Of a stretch of 64,000 nt of DNA, positions 59,162 through 64,000 are shown one piece after another. The notes under the pieces were generated by a model, which made no database searches, was not told where the DNA came from, and saw only the letters and a program-made list of their open reading frames with translations. The DNA comes from an uncultured Acidobacteriota bacterium (GTDB lineage Bacteria; Acidobacteriota; UBA6911), in assembly GCA_963827655.1 (NCBI GenBank), contig CAWHCF010000014.1:32001-96000 (forward strand). The letters run 5' to 3'. A program made the position numbers and the translations under genes. Each line of letters begins with the position of its first letter. Position 1 is the first letter of the stretch.

Positions 59162-61840
59162 ATGAAACGCGTTTCTAAATTGCGCCCAGCGGCGTTGTTC
59201 CTGCTCGCCGGCCTGGCTGTTGCCGGCTCATTCTCGCGGGCGGGACATCGCAATGCCTATCCCTTGCCCGAAGAGCGGGGAACAGCCGGTATTCTGAACG
59301 CGCTCGAGAAGCTGCCGGTCTTCGTACGCGTGCTTCACACTACGGCTCACCCCGACGATGAGAGCGCCGGAACTCTAACCTGGCTGGCTCGCAGGATGCA
59401 CGCCCGAACCGCCCTTTTCTCTCTCACCCGGGGAGACGGCGGGCAGAATGTGCTGGGCGACGAGAAATACGAAGCCATGGGACTCGTACGCACCGGAGAG
59501 CTTCTGGAAGCTTGCCGGGTCTACGGAGTTGAAACTTACTTCTCGACGGTTTTCGAGTTCGGATTCTCGAAGAGCGCCCAGGAAACACTCAGAGTCTGGG
59601 GACATGAAGCCACGCTGGAAGAAGTGGTCCGGTTCATACGCACCTGGAAGCCGGCGATTGTCATTTCGAAATGGCTAGGGAATTCGAGGGACGGCCACGG
59701 ACACCATCAGGCGGCCGGATTGCTGACCGTCGAGGCTTTTCGGGCGGCGGGAGATCCCTCGAAATTTCCCGGCCATCTCCAGCAAGGCCTCCGCGCCTGG
59801 CAGCCGAAGAAACTCTACCTGCCTGCCCGCGATGATAGCGCGGGGGGGAACGGTCAGGGAACGCCGCCGGACGGCACGATACGGATCAATGTCGGGGAGT
59901 ATGATCCGCTCCTCGGCCGCTCCTATCGCGAAATCGGCTCCGAAGGATACAGCAAGCATCGCTCGCAGGGGAACGGCGCAAGGTTTTCATTGCCCGGCCG
60001 CGGCTTCGATAACTTCAAACTGGCGGATTCGACCCTTGGGACCGGAGGTAAAGAGGACGGTTTCTTCGATTCGATCGACACGGCCCTCACGTCCATTGCC
60101 GGATTGGCAGGACCGGATTCAGCCGCTGTCCCCTGGCTGGCTCAGGATCTGGCTGCCGCAAAATCAGCAGCGGAGTCTTGTGTACGAGCCTTTCGTCCCC
60201 GCGAACCAGAAGCCAGCGCCGAACAGGCGGTGCGGGGGCTCGCCATTCTCACCGGCCTGATCCAGAAGGTGGAAAGCTCCGACCTGCCGCGCCCCACAAA
60301 GGAGCTGCTGCACGACGCCCTCACCGAAAAACGGACCGATTTCCAGGACGCCGTGAACGCCGCTCTCGGGGTTTATATCACTGCTGGAACCGAAGAACCG
60401 ACCGCAGTGCCCGGACAGGAGATCGCGGTGACCGCTCAGGTCTTCAACCGCGGAGCCAGGACCATCGACCTGAAACGCGTCACCCTGTGGACTCCCGACG
60501 GTTGGATCTCTTCGTTGCCGGCCGGGGCGCCGCTGGGAAAAGTTGCACCCGGAGAAAGCGTGTCGTTCAAACATAATGTCCAGATACCTCCTGGCGCGAA
60601 AATTACCGAGCCGTTCTGGTATCGCGAAAACAAAAACGACTCACGGTACAAAACGCATCCGACTCGGAACGTCTTCGCTCCCTTCGATCCGCCCGAAATC
60701 ACGGCTCAGGCAACCTATCGTTACAATGAAACTGAAGTATCGATATCGGCACCGGCGCGCGCTCAGGCAGGCGATCCGATCCGAGGCGTAGATTTCGTGG
60801 ACTTCCAGGTTGTGCCGGCGCTCTCGGTAGCGCTGAACCCCGATCTGGTTGTCATCCCGGCGGCAATCGAAAATCAAACTCGCGAATTTCAGGTGTCGGT
60901 CGTGAGCAATGGGAAGTCGCCCCTCCAGGGACAGGTTGAGATTGTTGCGCCTCAAGGATGGAAGGTCGAGCCCGTCTCCGCGCCGTTTTCCCTCTCTCGC
61001 AAAGAAGAGTCATTCACCGTGCGCTTTAATCTCCGCATTCCCCCGGGCGGCAGCGAAGGTAATCACTCCGTGGATGCCATCGCCAGGACGGCAAACCAGG
61101 AGTTCCGCCGCGGGTATCGCGTCATATCCTATCCCGAGAACTGGACGCGTCACCTCTACTCGCCGGCGCGCGCAGAGGTCAAGATCTTCGATGTGAAAGT
61201 CGCTCCCAACCTCACGGCCGGCTACATCGTGGGGGCAGGCGACGAGGTGCCGGCATCTCTCCAGCAACTTGGAGTGAAGGTCGAAATGCTCTCGGCGAAG
61301 GATCTTGCTTTCGGCGAACTCAGCCGGTTCAGCGCGATCGTAACCGGCATCCGCGCCTACAACATCAATGAAGATTTGAGGGCCAATAACCAGCGGTTGA
61401 TCAAGTACGTCGAACAAGGCGGAATCCTCATCGTCCAGTACAACACGCCCATGGGGCGCGGGAATTCGCCGTTTCCCTATGGCCCATTTCCGATGAGCAG
61501 TTCAGCCGGCGATCGTATTACGGTCGAGGATTCGCCAGTGAAAATTCTCGAGCCGCAGCATCCGATCCTGTCGGTTCCCAACAAGATTACCATGGCGGAT
61601 TTCGAGGGCTGGGTGCAGGAGCGAGGGCTTTATTTCATGACCCAATGGGACAGCAGGTACACGCCTCTGATCTCGGGAAATGATCCTGGGGAAAAGCCCA
61701 GTTTGGGCGGGTTCCTGGTAGCGCGCCACGGGAAGGGATACTACATCTTCACAGGTTACGCCTGGTTTCGTCAGCTGCCCGCCGGGGTGCCCGGCGCTTT
61801 CCGAATCTTTGCGAATATGCTGAGCCTGGGGAAGAATTGA
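59162..61840 (+). CDS. Secreted PIG-L family deacetylase with NEW3/Ig-like and C-terminal GAT-like domains
   Basis: Signal peptide, AHPDDE, TRGDGGQN, RTGEL, HGHHQ, FRQLPAGVPGAFR. Confidence 0.9.
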   Translation: MKRVSKLRPAALFLLAGLAVAGSFSRAGHRNAYPLPEERGTAGILNALEKLPVFVRVLHTTAHPDDESAGTLTWLARRMHARTALFSLTRGDGGQNVLGDEKYEAMGLVRTGELLEACRVYGVETYFSTVFEFGFSKSAQETLRVWGHEATLEEVVRFIRTWKPAIVISKWLGNSRDGHGHHQAAGLLTVEAFRAAGDPSKFPGHLQQGLRAWQPKKLYLPARDDSAGGNGQGTPPDGTIRINVGEYDPLLGRSYREIGSEGYSKHRSQGNGARFSLPGRGFDNFKLADSTLGTGGKEDGFFDSIDTALTSIAGLAGPDSAAVPWLAQDLAAAKSAAESCVRAFRPREPEASAEQAVRGLAILTGLIQKVESSDLPRPTKELLHDALTEKRTDFQDAVNAALGVYITAGTEEPTAVPGQEIAVTAQVFNRGARTIDLKRVTLWTPDGWISSLPAGAPLGKVAPGESVSFKHNVQIPPGAKITEPFWYRENKNDSRYKTHPTRNVFAPFDPPEITAQATYRYNETEVSISAPARAQAGDPIRGVDFVDFQVVPALSVALNPDLVVIPAAIENQTREFQVSVVSNGKSPLQGQVEIVAPQGWKVEPVSAPFSLSRKEESFTVRFNLRIPPGGSEGNHSVDAIARTANQEFRRGYRVISYPENWTRHLYSPARAEVKIFDVKVAPNLTAGYIVGAGDEVPASLQQLGVKVEMLSAKDLAFGELSRFSAIVTGIRAYNINEDLRANNQRLIKYVEQGGILIVQYNTPMGRGNSPFPYGPFPMSSSAGDRITVEDSPVKILEPQHPILSVPNKITMADFEGWVQERGLYFMTQWDSRYTPLISGNDPGEKPSLGGFLVARHGKGYYIFTGYAWFRQLPAGVPGAFRIFANMLSLGKN

Positions 61841-61863
61841 GGGAGTCATGCGTTGCGTCGTAT

Positions 61864-61953
61864 CCCTTGGTGTTTCTTTGAGTCTTTGCGGCTTGGTGGT
61901 ATCTGTTAGACAGCTCTAACCACGAAGACACGAAGACACCAAGAAACGCGAAG
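61864..61953. repeat. Family-A element with TATCTGTTAGACAGCTCTAA core
   Basis: Near-duplicate of 55686-55770. Confidence 0.85.
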
Positions 61954-62022
61954 CTCTTGACGGAACGTTTGAATTCTACGCTAGACTTTGGCTCCCGCTG
62001 GTCTTGACCTGCTGATCTCGTC

Positions 62023-63276
62023 ATGCTGACACCCATCTCTCGCCGCGGGTTCCTCGCCGCTCTAGCGCAGGCGACTGCTCCTGATATCCGGCGCGAAGTT
62101 TTTCTGGCTTCACCCGCCCAAGGGACCGCGGTCATGGCCTATGCCTTCTATTCGCGGCCGCGCGGCGGAGACATGATCTCGATCGAGCAACGCTGGACGC
62201 GCTCGGATACGGTCGACATCGCCTACATCCGTCGCTCGCGCGACCACGGGCGCACGTGGAGCAGACCGACCGCGATACGCACAGGCGAGCGCCGCCCGGA
62301 AGGGATGCTGCGACGCCATCCCCGTTACGGCTTCGTCGATGCCCGCACGGGCCTCTATCTCGAATTTTGGATCGAGGGGGTGCTGCCTACAGACGATCCG
62401 CTCGAGGGTCTGCGCAACTGGAATATCTATTACCGGGTTTCCCGCGACGGCGGCCGCACGTTCGGTCCCTCCTGTCAGGTCATTCATGCGGGCGCGGAAT
62501 TCAATGAGCGCCATCCGCTGCCTGGCGTGTGGACGGGCAGGAACGCCGCGATGCTCGGCGACATGGCCTGTGTGCCCGTGGCGACCCCCGATGGCCGCAT
62601 CCTGCTTCCGGTCGAGATCTCACCGCTCGGAGCCGACGGCAAGCTTTACAACCCGGCCGGCGGATACACCTATACAGACGCTGCTGTTGTCGGTGGACGC
62701 TGGCGGGGCGAGCGCCTCGAATGGGAAATGTCCGACGTGATCAAAGGCGATCCTGCGCGTTCGACACGCGGCATGGTTGAGCCCACGATCGAGTTTCTCG
62801 CCGACGGACGCTTGCTAATGGTGCTGCGTGGTTCGAACGACCGGCGCCCGGAGCTACCGAGCTACCGCTGGATTTCTTTTTCTTCCGACGGCGGCCGCCG
62901 CTGGACAACACCGGAGCCGTGGACCTACGACCGGGGCGAGGCGTTTTTCAGCCCCAGCGCCTGCTCACAGTTGCTGCGCCACTCGTCGGGACGCCTCTTT
63001 TGGCTGGGCAACATCACCGCGGAGAATCCGCGCGGCAATCGCCCGCGTTTTCCCTTCGTGATCGGGGAAGTCGACCGGCGCTCAGGCCTGCTGATGCGCT
63101 CGAGCGTGCGGACAGTCGACACACTGGCGCCTGGAGAAGATCCTGTCCTGTCGTTATCGAATTTCTACGCGCGTGAAGATCGTCGGACACGAGAGATCGC
63201 AGTCCACATGACGCGCTTGTTTGCAAAGCCGGAGGGATGGGCCGGTGACGCATACCTGTATCGGATACGGGTGTGA
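62023..63276 (+). CDS. Sialidase-like BNR/Asp-box beta-propeller protein, Tat signal
   Basis: SRRGFL; Asp boxes SRDHGRTW, SRDGGRTF, SSDGGRRW. Confidence 0.8.
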   Translation: MLTPISRRGFLAALAQATAPDIRREVFLASPAQGTAVMAYAFYSRPRGGDMISIEQRWTRSDTVDIAYIRRSRDHGRTWSRPTAIRTGERRPEGMLRRHPRYGFVDARTGLYLEFWIEGVLPTDDPLEGLRNWNIYYRVSRDGGRTFGPSCQVIHAGAEFNERHPLPGVWTGRNAAMLGDMACVPVATPDGRILLPVEISPLGADGKLYNPAGGYTYTDAAVVGGRWRGERLEWEMSDVIKGDPARSTRGMVEPTIEFLADGRLLMVLRGSNDRRPELPSYRWISFSSDGGRRWTTPEPWTYDRGEAFFSPSACSQLLRHSSGRLFWLGNITAENPRGNRPRFPFVIGEVDRRSGLLMRSSVRTVDTLAPGEDPVLSLSNFYAREDRRTREIAVHMTRLFAKPEGWAGDAYLYRIRV

Positions 63277-63290
63277 GCCCAGACGCGGAC

Positions 63291-63346
63291 TTTTGGAGTG
63301 CCTCAGCTTGCTGCCGCTTTGACTTGGCGAAGCTTGCTTCGCCAAA
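63291..63346 (+). repeat. REP-like palindrome (TTGGAGTGC family)
   Basis: TTTTGGAGTGCCTCAGCTTGCTGCCGCTTTGACTTGGCGAAGCTTGCTTCGCCAAA. Confidence 0.7.
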
Positions 63347-63574
63347 CGGCTACGGAATTCGTCCTGAACAGCCAGGGAGTCGCAGACCCTGATGACCCCA
63401 TCATGAAAATGCGTATCCGATAGGGCTGGAACATCCTCAGGAGAGCTGGGAACAGGGCAGGAGAAACCATCGGCCGCGGTGGACCTCCTGCAGCCGAGGA
63501 TCAACGTTGCAAGAACCTACCCCAAAGTCTTGGCCGGATGCCTATGCGTCACATGCTTTCTTGGTTTCGCGGCC

Positions 63575-64000
63575 TCAGGCGCAGAATTCCAGTCCCGCCG
63601 CCAGCACTATCTCAGAGCACTGCCGCACCGACTCGATATCAACCCACTCCACGACACCATGAAGACCCTCGCCCGTAGGACCGAAAACCACGCTCGGAAT
63701 CCCAGCGTCATTGAGCAGCGCGGCATCGGTCCAGAACGCCGAGCCGATGAGCTCCGGTTTCCGTTCCAGCGTGGAGGACGCGCGGCGATACAGCAGCTCA
63801 ACCAGAGGATGGTCGCTTGCAATCTGCATCGGATGGCGCACAAAGGTGGTTCGCAGCGATCCGCTGAATGAGGGATCGCTCCGGGCGACGCGCGTTGAGC
63901 AAACCCTGGATCTCGTCTTCGACCAGTTTCTGGCTCTCGCCTGGAAGGGTTCGCCGCTCGACCCGAAGCACGCAGCGCTCCGGATAGCTTGACAACTCCT
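63575..64000 (-). CDS. M20 family (ArgE/DapE) deacylase, 3' part; frameshift(s) near 63850-63890
   Basis: SSYPERC...ERRTLPGE, then WTDAALL...GIPSVVFGPTGEGLHGVVEWV; runs off the window end. Confidence 0.85.
   Translation of the reverse strand, partial: RSCQAIRSAACFGSSGEPFQARARNWSKTRSRVCSTRVARSDPSFSGSLRTTFVRHPMQIASDHPLVELLYRRASSTLERKPELIGSAFWTDAALLNDAGIPSVVFGPTGEGLHGVVEWVDIESVRQCSEIVLAAGLEFCA

Noticed and set aside
59162-61840. bshB assignment for the PIG-L protein
   Set aside because: It is about 890 aa with a signal peptide and extra domains, whereas BshB is a small cytoplasmic enzyme.
63360-63570. Possible small gene or element between the sialidase-like and M20 genes
   Set aside because: I found no convincing ORF, repeat partner or structure.
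3607-63900. About ten frameshifted genes as pseudogenes or programmed frameshifts
   Set aside because: The single-base indels are scattered across unrelated genes whose sequences are otherwise intact, with no in-frame stops. This is the pattern of uncorrected long-read errors. Read polishing would be needed to claim otherwise.

Overview
GC-rich bacterial chromosomal window, most likely from an Acidobacteriota genome (three ADOP-type duplicated orphan permeases with an acidobacterial PadR, plus an ECF/CHAT module). It holds about 50 coding regions. Housekeeping genes include recR, dnaX, the SRP RNA ffs, rqcH, argG, bshC, a mannose-1-phosphate guanylyltransferase and an IMPDH/GMP-reductase paralogue. 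The rest are accessory enzymes, secreted proteins and two PIN-type toxin-antitoxin pairs. About ten genes carry single-base frameshifts, which looks like long-read assembly error rather than real pseudogenisation. Four things stand out. (1) An ECF sigma / ZAS anti-sigma / beta-rich protein / lipoprotein TPR-CHAT protease operon carries a twice-repeated promoter-like motif, GTGAAACG-N15-TCACWAT, and the second copy sits directly in front of a 100-nt hairpin-closed candidate sRNA. (2) Intergenic hairpins built from short tandem repeats are dense and fall into several families; one of them encloses a four-helix-bundle gene like a mini-element. (3) A tandem ADOP permease array has near-identical gene ends and junctions but divergent cores. 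(4) A two-copy MITE is present, with one copy nested in a hairpin repeat. All family assignments come from motif recognition by eye; no searches were run.
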